A stretch of DNA of 64,000 nucleotides, from positions 152,086,001 through 152,150,000 of the forward strand of contig NC_043000.1 in NCBI RefSeq assembly GCF_006345805.1, given 5' to 3'. The notes below the pieces were generated by a model that searched no databases, was not told the origin of the DNA, and was given only the letters and a program-made list of their open reading frames with translations. A program made the position numbers and the translations under genes. Of this stretch, positions 48,438 through 61,042 are shown piece by piece; the stretch's first letter is position 1, and each line of letters starts with the position of its first letter. This stretch comes from Octopus sinensis. Its lineage: Eukaryota.

Positions 48438-48990
48438 TAGCTTATACTGGATAAGATGTATCCAGTATAAGCTATGGACACATAAGAAGTGCAGCAATAT
48501 CAAAGGAAGGCTAACTGTGAAGATAGTTTTTGTATGTAGCAGATGCTCTTGAGCAATAAACACTGAAAATGTGCAGAGACCAATTCTACCACATAGTTGG
48601 AGTGTTAGTACCTTGAGAGAAAAGTTGGACCTAAGAAGCATCAGATGTGTGCAAGAGAGATGACTGCACTGGTATGGCCATGTGGTGAGAATGGATGTGG
48701 GTAGCTGTGTGAAAAAGTGCCACACCCTAGCAGTTGAGGGAACCTGTGGAAGAGGTAGACCCAGGAAGATCTGGGATGAGGTGGTGAAGCATGACCATCG
48801 AACATTGGGCCTCATCGAGGCAATGACTAGTGACCGGGACCTTTGGAAATATGCTGTGCTTGAGAAGTGGCAAATCCATGTGAGACCATAACCTTGCGTA
48901 CCTTTCCCTCATTGGATACTAAACTCTGCTTGCAAAGACCAGTTAGGGCAAGTGAAATCTAAAATGAAATTCGATGACTGGCATCCGTGC
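48438..48990 (+). mobile_element. RTE family C 3' fragment
   Basis: LHWYGHVVRMDVGSCVKKC..VEGTCGRGRPRKIWDEVV..DRDLWKYAV, then a UTR start matching 14040-14125 in reverse. Confidence 0.85.
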
Positions 48991-49051
48991 TATATATATA
49001 TATGTTATATATATGTATATGTTCCATATATATAATATATATCTTTTTTTT

Positions 49052-50290
49052 TGTAGTTTCAGCTCAGAGCTTTGCCATGCTGGTGCACTGCCGTTTTGCT
49101 GTACTGTTATTACTGGTGTATAATGGAGTTTGATGTAGCTACCCTCATTTGCACCTCTTGCCGTGTGGTAGGTTCGCCTGGGACTTTTGACAGGATACGG
49201 TACAGCCTTGATTTCAAACCATCTACATCTACTTCGTGCAGGTTCCTCGGGCTCGTTGGGAGAATATTAAAAAACTGTGAGCCCTTGAAACCCAGGCTGT
49301 TGCAGTAACTGGTCCTGAAGTGCAATAATATTGCTGGGATCTTTGGCACTGTGCAGTGTTGACTCGTTCTGGCGTTGGTGTAACTTTCAATGCCAAAATT
49401 TGGCACAATTCCTTCCAGGATCTTCCAGATGTATATTACTACATACCTCTCCCGCCTTTGCTCCAGGGAATAGAGTCTTAGCTGTTTCAGCCTTTCCCAG
49501 TAGCTGAGCCGTTGCTAAGAGACAATCTTCTTTGGAAGCTTCGCTGGATTGCTTCAAGGTCCACTGTTAATTTAACACATATGGATGGCCATAGCTAGGA
49601 GCAGTAATCCAGGGAGCTGAGGACAAATGTCCTCCAGAGGATCATCATGGTTTTCATTAAATCTGTTTCCGAATGTTCTCAGGATTCATCCAGCCAGTCG
49701 TCTGCTCTTTGTCACCATCCTGGCGATATGCATTTGAAAAGAAGTATCGTCTCTCATGTTGATACCCAGGACCCTCTTAGATTTAGGCTCTGGGATTGTA
49801 ATTCCCTGTGGAGTGTTCCCTGTAAGTTTCATATTCAGTTTTGGATGCCAGTAGTGCAGGGATTGGAATTTTTTAGCATTAAACTGCATATTATTATCCT
49901 CAGCCCATCTGTAAATTGAGTCCCACTCCTGCTGCAGATGTGCATCATCGCTGGGGTTCTGTATTTTCTGAGAGACTTTCGTATCATCTGCGTAGCTAGC
50001 AAGGGTGGCTATCCAGGCAGTTGAGGGCATATCTGAGAGGGTCACTATGAAAAGCAGTGTTCCAAGACAGTGCCCTGTGGAACACCACTCACTATTTGTG
50101 TTTTTATTGAAGTGGCTCCATTGGCCACTACTGCCTGACTTCTATCTTTCAGAAAGTCATGTAACCACTCAAAGTTTTCCAGATATGACAAGATCACACA
50201 GTTTGTGGCATATCATACCATGATCCACTTTGTCAAAAGCTTTTGCAAAATCAAGGTATATTACATCCACATTTGATTTGTTGAGTATAT
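49052..50290 (-). mobile_element. CR1/L2-group LINE fragment (RT to 3' end)
   Basis: VDVIYLDFAKAFDKVDHG, SYADDTKV, MQFNAKKF, LYSLEQRRERY..YIWKILEG. The 3' end reads gcagtgcaccagcatggcaaagctctgagctgaaac. Confidence 0.88.
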
Positions 50291-50600
50291 ATATATAAAT
50301 GTGTGAGCAAAATGCCCCCCGTCCAATGGATGGTGCTGAGTTGTCAAACATTTAAACCAAATTTTCTCAAAACAACTTGTTCGACCGTCCCATAGGCCTC
50401 TCCTTTGAGAAACACTGATTTAACCTAAATTTGAGACACCAGCAAAAGAAGAAATAAAGATAAACTTTTTTTCTATTCCAAAGAAAAACAATTTTTATTC
50501 ACTGAAATATGCAACTGAAAAGTTTTGCCAGTTTTACCTATATAGTTCTCTTTGAATGTGGGACAGGTTATGCAATATATTAAGCTTTGTGTATTGCAAT

Positions 50601-51203
50601 TCATGTTTGCATTTGCTTTGAATGTGTCTCCACATTGTTTTCCTCTATGTATTTGTAGATGGGGTTACTGCAGATCCCACATCTACTATCTCCATATTCT
50701 TTCACAAAGAATTCGGTTTCATTCTCTGATGAGAATTTTCCTCTTGTCAGTTGTCTTTTCAGGTTTTTCTCTTGGCATTTACTGTTTCTTATGCAGTATT
50801 TATTTAATAGGTTTCCCATTTTGGGGCTTTGTAGGACTATTGGTAAGTTTGAATGTATGATTTGAAACATGTTAGTAACTCCAGGGTTGTGTGTGTTTAT
50901 GAAAGGGATGATGTTTTCTTTGCTTTTCTTTTTTGGAGTTCTGAGTTGTGTGATGTCCAGTTTCATTGCTCTCGAGATTCCGTTTTCTATTAATTTGAGT
51001 GGGTATTTCTGTTCTAGTAGGAAGTTTTTAAGTTCATATAGTCTTATTTGGTGTGTTTGTGAGTCAGCCACTACGCTGCATATGAGTCTTACCATATTTG
51101 TAAAAACATGTGACATGTCAATAAATATTTGTATATGTACAACCATCCAGATCTCTGAGTACCTTATTTTTCCTATTATATAATATCTGTACATCACCTC
51201 CAA
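50601..51203 (-). mobile_element. Penelope-like element fragment (RT thumb and linker before GIY-YIG)
   Basis: RLICSVV..RLYELKNFLLEQKYP..IIPFINTHNP..NLKRQLTRGKF..RCGICS fits the recalled Penelope linker pattern ending in a CxxC. Confidence 0.75.
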
Positions 51204-51232
51204 ACCTTCTTATATATAGAAATATATATATA

Positions 51233-51272
<40 letters not shown>

Positions 51273-51274
51273 TC

Positions 51275-51925
51275 AGAACCAGAGAAAAGGAAACCATGAT
51301 GGTCCCCTGAAGGACATTCGTCCTAAGCCACCTGTATTACTGCTCCCAGCTATGGTCATCCAGCAGTGTAAAATTAACAGCAGACCTTGAAGCAATCTAG
51401 CGACGCTTCACAAAGAAGATTGTCACTTTGCAACAGCTCAGCTACTGGGAAAGGATGAAACAGCTAAGACTCTACTCCCTGGAGCAAAGGCAGGAGAGGT
51501 ATGCAGTAATATACATCTGGAAGACCCTGGAAGAAATTGTGCCAAAGTTTGGCATTGAAAGCTGTACCAATGCCAGAACAGGTTGCCAGTGCACAGTGCC
51601 AAAGGTCCTAGCAATGCCATCGCACTTCAGGACCAGTTAATGCAACAGCCTGGGTTTCAGGGGCCCACAGCTTTTTAATATTCTCCCAAAGAGCCTGAGG
51701 AACCTGCACGAAGTAGATGTAGATGTTTTGAAATCAAGGCTGGACCTCTTCCTGTTGAGAGTCCCAGACGAACCTACCTCATGGCAAGAGGTGCAGATGA
51801 GGGTAGCTACAAACTCCATTCTACACCAAGTGTCACATATTAGAGGAGGCTCTCAGTAATAACAGTGTAGCAAAATGGTGGTGTTCCAGCATGGCCACAG
51901 CTCTAAGCTGAAACTATGAAAAAAA
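51275..51925 (+). mobile_element. Second, shorter copy of the same CR1/L2-group LINE
   Basis: LRLYSLEQRQERYAVIYIWK...LFNILPKSLRNL...VPDEPT. Tail ggtggtgttccagcatggccacagctctaagctgaaac plus an A-rich end. Confidence 0.88.
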
Positions 51926-51975
51926 TTATATATTTATATTTTTTAGGTATATATATATTATGTGAGACCCAATTA

Positions 51976-52019
<44 letters not shown>

Positions 52020-52045
52020 CCCAATGATATATATTTATGTATGTA

Positions 52046-54748
52046 TTATTTGAGGCCCAGTGGTTGAAAGGTGCTTTTACATACCACTAGCATGGATGCC
52101 ATTTGCATGGCACCAGTATGTGCCATGACTGTGATTTTATTCATCTTGATGGGTTTGCTCAATCCCAACATAATACTAAAGGTCTCATTCATTGCATCTG
52201 TGAGGCTCAACACCTGAAAGGAGCTTAAGTACCTTGGCTCTTTGAGGCTCAATGCTTGAAGGGTGCTTCTTATGTGCCACTTGCATGGGTACTGGTTATG
52301 TGATACCAGCATGAGCCACGACTCGGATTTCATTTGGTTTGACAGGTTATCTCATGCACGGCATATTGCCAAAGGTCTTAGTCACTAGTCATTGCCTCTG
52401 TGAGACCCAAAGTTGAAAGGTCATGCTTCCCCACCTCATCTCGTGTCTTCCTGGGTCTAACTCTACCACAGATTCCCTTGACGGTCAGAGATCAGCACTT
52501 ATTTACACAGTCCTTGTCCATATGCATCGCATGACCATACCAGCACACTTGTCTTTCTTGCACACCACATCTGATGCCTCTTATGCCCAACTTTTCTCTC
52601 AAGGTGCTTATACTCTGTCAAGAATGCTCATTGACATTGCACATCCAGTGAAGCATACTGGCTTCATTTCTTTCAAGCCGATGCATGTCCCCGACTGTCA
52701 CAGTTCATGTTTCTCTGCCATGTAGCATAGCAGTTCACCCACAGGCATTATAAAATTTGCCTTTCACTCTAAGTGAGAGACCTTTTGTTGCCAGCAGAGG
52801 CAGGAGCCCTCTAAATTTTGCCCAGCTTAATCTTAATCTGACAGCTATGGTCTTGGAACATCCACCTCCGCTACTAACTTGTTTACCTAGGTAACAGAAG
52901 ATATCTACTACCTCTAGCTTACCCCTATGGCAATTGATGGAGTCGATTTTCTGTATTTAGTGTACCTGTGCATCTACCACACTCAAAAGCTATTTTCCCT
53001 GTTAACCTTCCTCTGATATTGCTACACTTTTTATGTATCTAAAGCTAACACTGGCTGCATCTTACAGAGTTACTACCTACACCTTTTCTACAGATTGAGC
53101 AGGGCCATCTACCTGAAGGGACTTTTGATTTCTCTGCCTTCCTACTTCCTAAAACTTTGGTTTTTGGTAGGCTAACTCTAAGGTCCTTTGATTCTAGACC
53201 TTGCTTCCATACCTGGAATTTCTTCTCTAGTTCTGGTAGTGATTCAGCTATAAGAACAAGGTCATCAGCATAGAGGAGCTCCCAGGGGCAGCCTGTCTTA
53301 AATTCCTCTGTTATTGCCTAAAGTGAACCCCTACTTGTATACTGAATTCTTCACTATACTTGTTGCTAATCTTCACCTTACTAGTAGCGTCTCCGTAGAT
53401 GGTTTGTGCAGCTCTCATCAGCCACTTGTCTATTCACTAGTTTCCACACTGACAAGCAGATAAGGGATTAGGGGATCCTATCAAAAGCTTTCTCCAACTC
53501 AACAAAAGCTAAGCACAGAGGTTTACCTTTGGCTATGTATTTCTACTGCAGCTGTCTTACCAGAAATATAACATCAGTGGTGCTCCTACATGGCACAAAA
53601 CCAAACTGCATCTCATCTAGGCTAATTCACTCCCTAATTAGTTGGGCTATGACCCTCTTCATAACTTTCATCACCTGATCCAATAATTTGATACCCCTGT
53701 AGTTATTTCTTTCTAAAGCCTCACCTTTACCTTTTGTAGCAGTTGACTAAGGTGCTGCTACACCAGTCATTGTGTATGACTCCTTTGTGAATCACCTGAT
53801 TTATAATACGAGTGACTAGACTATAACCCACACTGCCAGATATTTAAAGCATCTCAGCGGTGATTCCTGATGGACCAGGAGCTTTCCCTGTCTTCATGTC
53901 CTTGAAGACATGTCCTTAGTTTCTTTATCTGCCAAGGTACTGTTGATTCAGGTAGCTGGTCCCCCAATTGAATCAACATTTGCAGACTCTCCTCCTATTC
54001 ATTCTCTACATTCAGAATCCTTTCATAATGGCATTTCCAAGCTTCTTTCTTTGCAGAATCACTGAATGCAAATAAGTGCACCATCATTCATGTGGACACA
54101 TTTCTCTCCTATGACATCACAATTTACTCTTACAAACTGTCTTGCAGTCTGGAACACTTCAATTCTTCCTCTTTTCTGCTTCTCCCTTGGCTAGATATAC
54201 CTGTCTCCTAGCTTTCCTTCTGGCTATCTGATGCAGTTCCCTGCTACCCCCACTCTTCCAGGTCTTCCAGGCCTGTTTCCTTGCTTTAAAGGCCCTGTCT
54301 ATGGCATTGTTCCACTACCACGTTACCCTAGGTCTGGTTGGGACTTTGCATCACCCACAAATTTGGTCTGTCCCACAGGAATTCACAGGAATTCACAGTG
54401 GCCCTCTATATCACAAGTTTGTAGCTCCTCCTCCCTCTCATCAAATTTCTCCTTTAGGATGTCCCTAAATCTTTGACCATATGAAGGGTCCTTAAGCTTC
54501 CAATTCCTTCTTTTCCAGATTTGTCTGCTTCTTTGCACCCTTCTGGCCTGTTGTCGATAATGACTAGTCTATGCTGGGGGATATGTTCTTCAGCAGGGAG
54601 GGTCTTTGTTTTGAAGAGCAACCATGCATCCCACTGTCTGGTGAGAAAGTAATTGGTCTGGCTAGTGTAGCTCTCTGATTGGTAGGTTATCAGATGCATG
54701 GTTGGCTTCCTAAAGTTGGTGTTGCAGATCAATAGGTCATTTGCATCA
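52046..54748 (-). mobile_element. Long degenerate RTE LINE (family C): endonuclease end, RT, C-terminus, start of 3' UTR
   Basis: Minus-strand remnants ...PQHRLVIID, EKAFDRIP, ELLYADDLVLIAES and an RGRPRKTW-like C-terminus, followed by gtggcacataagaagcacc-type UTR units. Confidence 0.85.
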
Positions 54749-54938
54749 TTTGTTTAAATCTAGGTTATCCCTGACTAAACAGTCAAATGGTCAATGGTAT
54801 TCCAAGAGCAGCGATCTTGACTTCTTAATAATATTTGGGACTGCATTTTTCAATGTCCTTTCCAATAAAATAGTTTTAAGCTTGTAGATATGTTTTGCTG
54901 TTATTTCTAGCAGAGTAAGTCAAGTTACCATATAGAGG

Positions 54939-54947
54939 TTTCCTTCT

Positions 54948-55015
<68 letters not shown>

Positions 55016-55020
55016 TTTCT

Positions 55021-55052
<32 letters not shown>

Positions 55053-55200
55053 TCCTTCCTTCCTTCCTTCCTTCCTTCCTTCCTTCCTTCCTTCCTTTCT
55101 TTCTTTCTTTCCTTCTTTCTTTCTTTCCTTCCTTTCTTTCCTTCCTTTCTTTCCTTCCTTCCTTCCTTCCTTCCTTCCTTCCTTCCTTCCTTCTTCCTTC

Positions 55201-55261
<61 letters not shown>

Positions 55262-55438
55262 TTTCTTTCCTTCCTTCTTCCTTCCTTTCTTTCCTTCCTT
55301 CTTCCTTCCTTCCTTCCTTCCTTCCTTCCTTCCTTCCTTCCTTCCTTCCTTCCTTCCTTTCTTCCTTCCTTTCTTTCTCTCTTTCTTTCTTTCTCTCTTT
55401 CTCTCTTTCTCTCTTCTCTCTTTCTTTCTCTCTCTTTT

Positions 55439-55469
<31 letters not shown>

Positions 55470-55518
55470 TTCTTTCTCTCTTTCTCTCTTTCTTTCTCTC
55501 TTTCTTTCTCTCTCTCTT

Positions 55519-55552
<34 letters not shown>

Positions 55553-55557
55553 TCTTT
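54939..55557. repeat. 619-nt pure polypyrimidine compound microsatellite (TTTC / TTCC / TC)
   Basis: Only C and T on the + strand across the interval as read. Confidence 0.95.
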
Positions 55558-56204
55558 GTGCTCATTCAACCTCCTTTCAATAGCAGCCAAATTTCTCCAA
55601 GATAATACTCTGCCAATGTAAACAAAAAATTATATTGTCCAAGTAGGCTGTGTATGAATATGAGACAAGTTGGTCACAGCTAGAATGCTTTTAATCACAG
55701 GTTTACTGCATTAGGGTTGAATTGTGACAACGGTTTAAGTTGCACTGCTTAACATTCTGAGGTTTGTCTTTGCTTTTCATCCTCCTATACCAGTCAAGTC
55801 CTAGCATTAGTTACATAGGAGGTCAGAGGAACACAGAGACAAGAAATGGTTCTTCATACATGCACATGCATGCGTGAGTGTGTATGCCTGATTTAGACCA
55901 CACCTACTTTCTCTTCTACTAGAACATTCAACTGGGAAACAACACTAGTTGAACTAAGTGGGCTATTTTCTGATTGACCATTTAAATCAGCGATTCCTAA
56001 ACTTTTTCTGACTGCCTCACCCTTGGCCCCTAGACCACATTTCTAGTGCCCTCCATTTTACAACCACAAATGTAGACCATTTGCTGCAGAAAATTCAAAA
56101 CAACTGTATTTCACAGATAAAACTTAAACCTAATTAACCCATAATTTGTTTTTTTGCATCCATTGTCCCTATGGTTATAATTACTGTTATTATTGCTACT
56201 AACA

Positions 56205-56630
56205 GTAAAGTGGTGAGCTGGTAGAATTGTTATCACACTGGGTGAAATGCTTAGCATTATTTTATCTGTCACTATGTTCTGAGTGAAAGGTAAGAGAGTC
56301 CAGTTTGCTGGACATTGTTGTAGAGCTGAAAACGAGGTAATTTCTACTCTTCTCCTCTGGAAGCCATCTACTCGCAATGCCAGAGGGCGCACACTCTCCT
56401 ACCCTGATGTAATCTCCAGGGATACATGCATCCAGCAACAGGACCTCCGTAATGCCATGATGGACCGTGAAGTCTGGCGTAGCATGGTAAATTCCATTGT
56501 CTCGACCACGGTCGAACAATGATGATGATGATGATGTTCTGAGTTCAAATTCCGCTGAGGTTGACTTTGCCTTTCATCCTTTCGGAATTGATCAATTAAG
56601 TACCAGTGAAACACTGGGGTCGATGTAATT
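56205..56630 (+). mobile_element. SINE family B interrupted by an RTE-D fragment
   Basis: Head at 56205-56284, body resumes at 56534. Confidence 0.8.
56285..56533 (+). mobile_element. Short 3' fragment of RTE family D inserted in a SINE-B
   Basis: Highly similar to 16020-16265. 11-bp TSD atgttctgagt (56274-56284, 56534-56544). Confidence 0.9.
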
Positions 56631-57863
56631 TTATACTTACACCACACTAAGGATCCATCAGTGAGTTAGGTCATTGGTTATTAATTGGATTTGGTATTTA
56701 CATAACTACAATATCCTGTCAGCATTTGATGTCTGAAATGTTATATTATTTCACTGTCAGCTGTATGTGATTATACCTAACCATTTTCTGGCATCTTACA
56801 TGTTGAGGTACCTTGATTATGAATGAATCCTTACAGTACCCAGTACACTCTGTAAAGTGGTTGGCATTAGGAAGGGCATCCATCCATAAAAACCATGACA
56901 AAACAGACAGATCTTGGCACAGTCCTCTGGTGCACCAGCCCCTGTTAAATCATCTGGCCCATGCCTGCATGGAAGATGAATCTTTAATGATGATGATGAT
57001 GATAATGATGATGAATATATCTATAAAAAAATTGTGGCTTTGTTAGAAATCATTATTTTTATAAGGTAATAGTGTGTGTGTGTGTATATATATATGTATG
57101 TACACACACACACACACACAAAGGGATGCTGAAAAGCTCCTGGTTTTGGGTAAAAGAGAATACAGGTGGATCAGTTAATTATGATTTTATTCACCATATT
57201 CTCCTCTCAGATTCTTACACTTATTGCAATGGTCCTTGAGTTTTTCTAAGCCCTGTAAAAGAACTTGGAAGGTGGGGCCTCCAACCAGCCCTTTCATGAT
57301 GCCCTTAAAGCTAGGAACTTTACACCCCCCTCCCTCTATATAAAACGTTAAAGGCTGTCTCACACCTATTCAACTTCCCATGGTATTTAAGCAATTCAGA
57401 CTTCAAAACGCTTCTCTGAATGGGACTGCTTGTCTGTTTCAGTGCTAACCTCACCCAGCTGATGCTAATGCTCACATTCAGCTGAGTGAATGAAAGCAAC
57501 GTGAAATGAAGGGCTTTGCTCAAGGGTTATTAAACACTGCCCAGTCTGAAAATTGAAACCATGACCTAATGACCATAAACCTAACAACCTATACTTCATT
57601 GCTATGTTGTGTACTTTTTCAGTAATGTAATTTTAGTCATTATTTATCTTAATGAGTGTGGTGATTGGTGGAGCCTGTACAGTGTTAGCCTAAAGAACAC
57701 TGGGTTTTTATTTAATTAATTACCTCTATGTTTCCAGTTAAAATCCCACTGCGTGCAACTTTAACTTTTATTGCTCTTTGGGACTGATAACAAAAGCACC
57801 CTCTCCCCACCACCAAATTTGTGACCCTGTGCCAGTGTTATTTATTTATCATTTTATATCAGA

Positions 57864-58166
57864 CTAGCAGTATCGCCCGGCGTTGCTCGGGTTTGTAAGG
57901 GAAATAACTATATAAGCATTTTTAGAGAGTTACTTCCCTTATATAATAGCAAAAAAGATGCATTAAAAATGCGGAAAAATGATGGTAAATTTTTTTTAAA
58001 TCGTAGACTCATTGTAGACACGTGCTAATTCCCAGAAGGGCTCGATATGAATCACGACTATAAGATACCTGCTTTTGGTTAAACTGCACCGCAAAATGTG
58101 GGAGTAGTTAGGAATCTAAATCGTAGGAGACAGACACTCACACAACTTCACTTTTATATATAAAGA
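57864..58166 (-). mobile_element. Non-autonomous Helitron-like element
   Basis: Near-identical to 19060-19360. Confidence 0.8.
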
Positions 58167-59380
58167 TATTCCTTGCTGGTTCATGTTTGTCTGGTTTTCT
58201 GAAGCAGTATTTTATGGTTGGATGCCCTTTGTATTGCCTTCTCTTTTAGTTGCCTTTTTGCAGGCATATGGAGCATCTTTTTGAAAACCAGGACCCGAAA
58301 TTGGTCTTGTGCTATACCTCTGTCACTTACACCTAGCAATTCTCTCTTTTACTGCTCCACATTCAGGCCTTTCAGTAACTGCAGTTAGGCTTAGTACCAT
58401 AAAAGTATGAGTACTTTTTTTAATGCCAAAATATATAAAAAGAGGTCTCAAGTGAGAGGTGTCAACAGTCGCAATGACAAATGAACAAAGCAACAGAACA
58501 ACTTCTTTGTCTGTCACAGGTGATGTTGAGCACTAGTCCTATTTTTTCTTCACCTTGTCTTTTTTATCTTATATAAGTTACCTTTATTAATGAAAAAGAA
58601 ACGGGATAGCAATTATTTTTCTCCCCTCACATGACAAAAATAATGGCACAGTTTCTTCAACTTGGTTTATGTTGCAGATAGATAAAAGCCTGCAGGCTGT
58701 TTGTAACATTTATTCAAATACATCCATGTGTGTGTGTATGTAGATGCATGTGTGTGTGGATGCGTGTGTGTGTGTGTGTGTATGTGTCCTTGCATCTACA
58801 CACACGTGTACACATACCTACCTTCACATGTATACACATATCAATGTAACACCTTCAAATATGTTTTCCTTTTTTGAATGTAAATGAAATGTCTATTGTT
58901 ATAGTTGTATGAAGACTACAATTTATAATAATAATATTGTAACATAAATAGTGTGTTTGATAAATATCACTGGATAAGTATATATTATTATGATGCTAGA
59001 GATGAATTATTTTATGTTTGTTGTTGTGATAAGATTTACATTCCATTGTTATGTATGTATGTGTATGTGTGTGTGTGTGTTTATATATGTGTGAGTGTGT
59101 GTGCAGATGTATAATTCTAGGGTCAATAAATGTTAGGAAATAGTTATGTAACTCTTTATTCTTTGTCTTAAATGAGATGAGAGTATGGAATCAAGTAAAT
59201 TATTTACATCACTTTATTTTATCAGTGTTTATAAACTATTGTGTAGGATTATCTCATATCTAAAGAATAACTTTTGAGAAGTTTTGGTTCGTTTCCATAC
59301 ATTTTATGTATGATTTTCTTTTGTTTCAAGACATAGTGCTGATATACGTTGAGTAAACAGCTTCAAAAAATATAAAGCAA

Positions 59381-59771
59381 CTAGCAGTATTGCCCGGTGT
59401 TGCTCGGGTTTGTAAGGGAAATAACTATATAAGCATTTTTAGAGATGTAAAGTATAATAGCCATCTCAATATGGCTAACCACAAAGGGTGTTACTGTAGC
59501 CTTTTACGTTTTGAGATTTAATAATAAACTTTTAGAGAGTTACTTCCCTTATATATGCCAAAAATGCATTAAAAATGGGAAAAATTGATGGTAAATTTTT
59601 TTTAAATCGTAGACTCATCGTAGACGCGCGCTAATACCCAGAAGAGCTCGATATGAATCACGACTTCAAGATACCCGGTTTTGGTTAAACTGCACCACAA
59701 AATGTGGGAGTAGTTAGGAATCTAAATCGTAAGAGACAGACAGCACACAACCTTACTTTTATATATAAAGA
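59381..59771 (-). mobile_element. Non-autonomous Helitron-like element with an extra ~85-nt module
   Basis: Same termini, extra segment at about 59445-59530. Confidence 0.8.
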
Positions 59772-60485
59772 TTTACCTCTACATAAATGCAAATAAATTC
59801 TTGTGTGTATCAGGCTGAAGCTATAGACCTTTTGACTCATACTGTAGATGTTACCAGCAACTGATATAAAAAAATAATCATTTAAAGAAATAAATTGACT
59901 AAAACACTTTATCACACAGATTGTACAGCATGTTACAACTTGCAACAGTTTCTTTAAAGCTAAGTTAACTGAAAAATAGCTGTCAAATTATTATATGAGT
60001 TGTTAACAGTAAGTACATTAGATGGGTAGGGTTTGTAGTTAGATTTATTGTTTAGCTCGGTCTTTAATAAAAGCATATAAATATTTCCTTCACAAGATAG
60101 TATTGTTTATCATATTAGCATGGAGAGATATTTATTTACAATCAAGTTAATTTCTGCACGTGTCTTTAAAAGACGATGCTTTGGGATTAATTGACTTATT
60201 AACTGATAACCTACATACTTTAAATTATTCAATTAACACTTAGTTATTCTATAGATTTCCAAGTATATCAATTGCTTCCAGATGGTAATGATGACATCTG
60301 AAAGATTAAAAGTCATATTGGTAGTGTCTATAAGTTTAGATAATTTGCTATATGCTACTAAGATGGTTTCTTGAGAAATTTGATAAGGGCTCAGGTATTC
60401 AGAATTACTTTAAGAACCTCATTTGTTATGGTACTTAGGAAAACTGAGGACTGGATTTGGTAGAGGCAGAAGATTTTGCAGCATC

Positions 60486-60905
60486 TATCATCATCATCAT
60501 CATCATCATTTAGCGTCCGCCTTCCATGCTAGCATGGGTTGGACGGTTCAACTGGGGTCTGTGAAGCCAGAAGGCTGCATCAGGCCCAGTCTGATCTGGC
60601 AGTGTTTCTATGGCTGGATGCCCTTCCTAACGCCAACCACTCCGTGAGTGTAGTGGGTGCTTTTTACGTGCCACCCGCACAGGTGCCAGGGGGGTCTGGC
60701 ATCAGCCACGATCGGTTGGTGCTTTTAACGTGCCACTGGCACGGAAGCCAGCCAAGGCGGCGCTGGCAATGGCCACGTTCGGATGGTGCTTTTTTATGTG
60801 CCACTGGCACTGGAGCCAGTCGATGCAGCGCTGGCATCGGCCACATTCGGACGGTGCTTTTTATGTGCCACTGGCACAGAAGCCAGTCGGGGCGGCGCTG
60901 GCATA
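60486..60905 (-). mobile_element. RTE family C 3'-UTR copy
   Basis: (CAT)n, terminal module, four units. Confidence 0.85.
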
Positions 60906-61042
60906 TGTGGGAAATAATTAGCAGCTTGTTTCATAGCTCTAATGATTTCCTACATTGTAAACAAGGAGATTGGAAATGACAAAATGGATGAACCGTCAGA
61001 CTGTCAGCTTAAATCATGCATTGATATTCTATCTCTTGATCT

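Noticed and set aside
50601-51203. 200-aa ORF as a nested host gene
   Set aside because: Better explained as a Penelope-like RT-linker fragment, wedged between LINE pieces and (TA)n.
54876-55590. Two 220-230 aa E/K/R-rich ORFs
   Set aside because: They are translations of the GAAA/GGAA microsatellite, with no splice or domain context.
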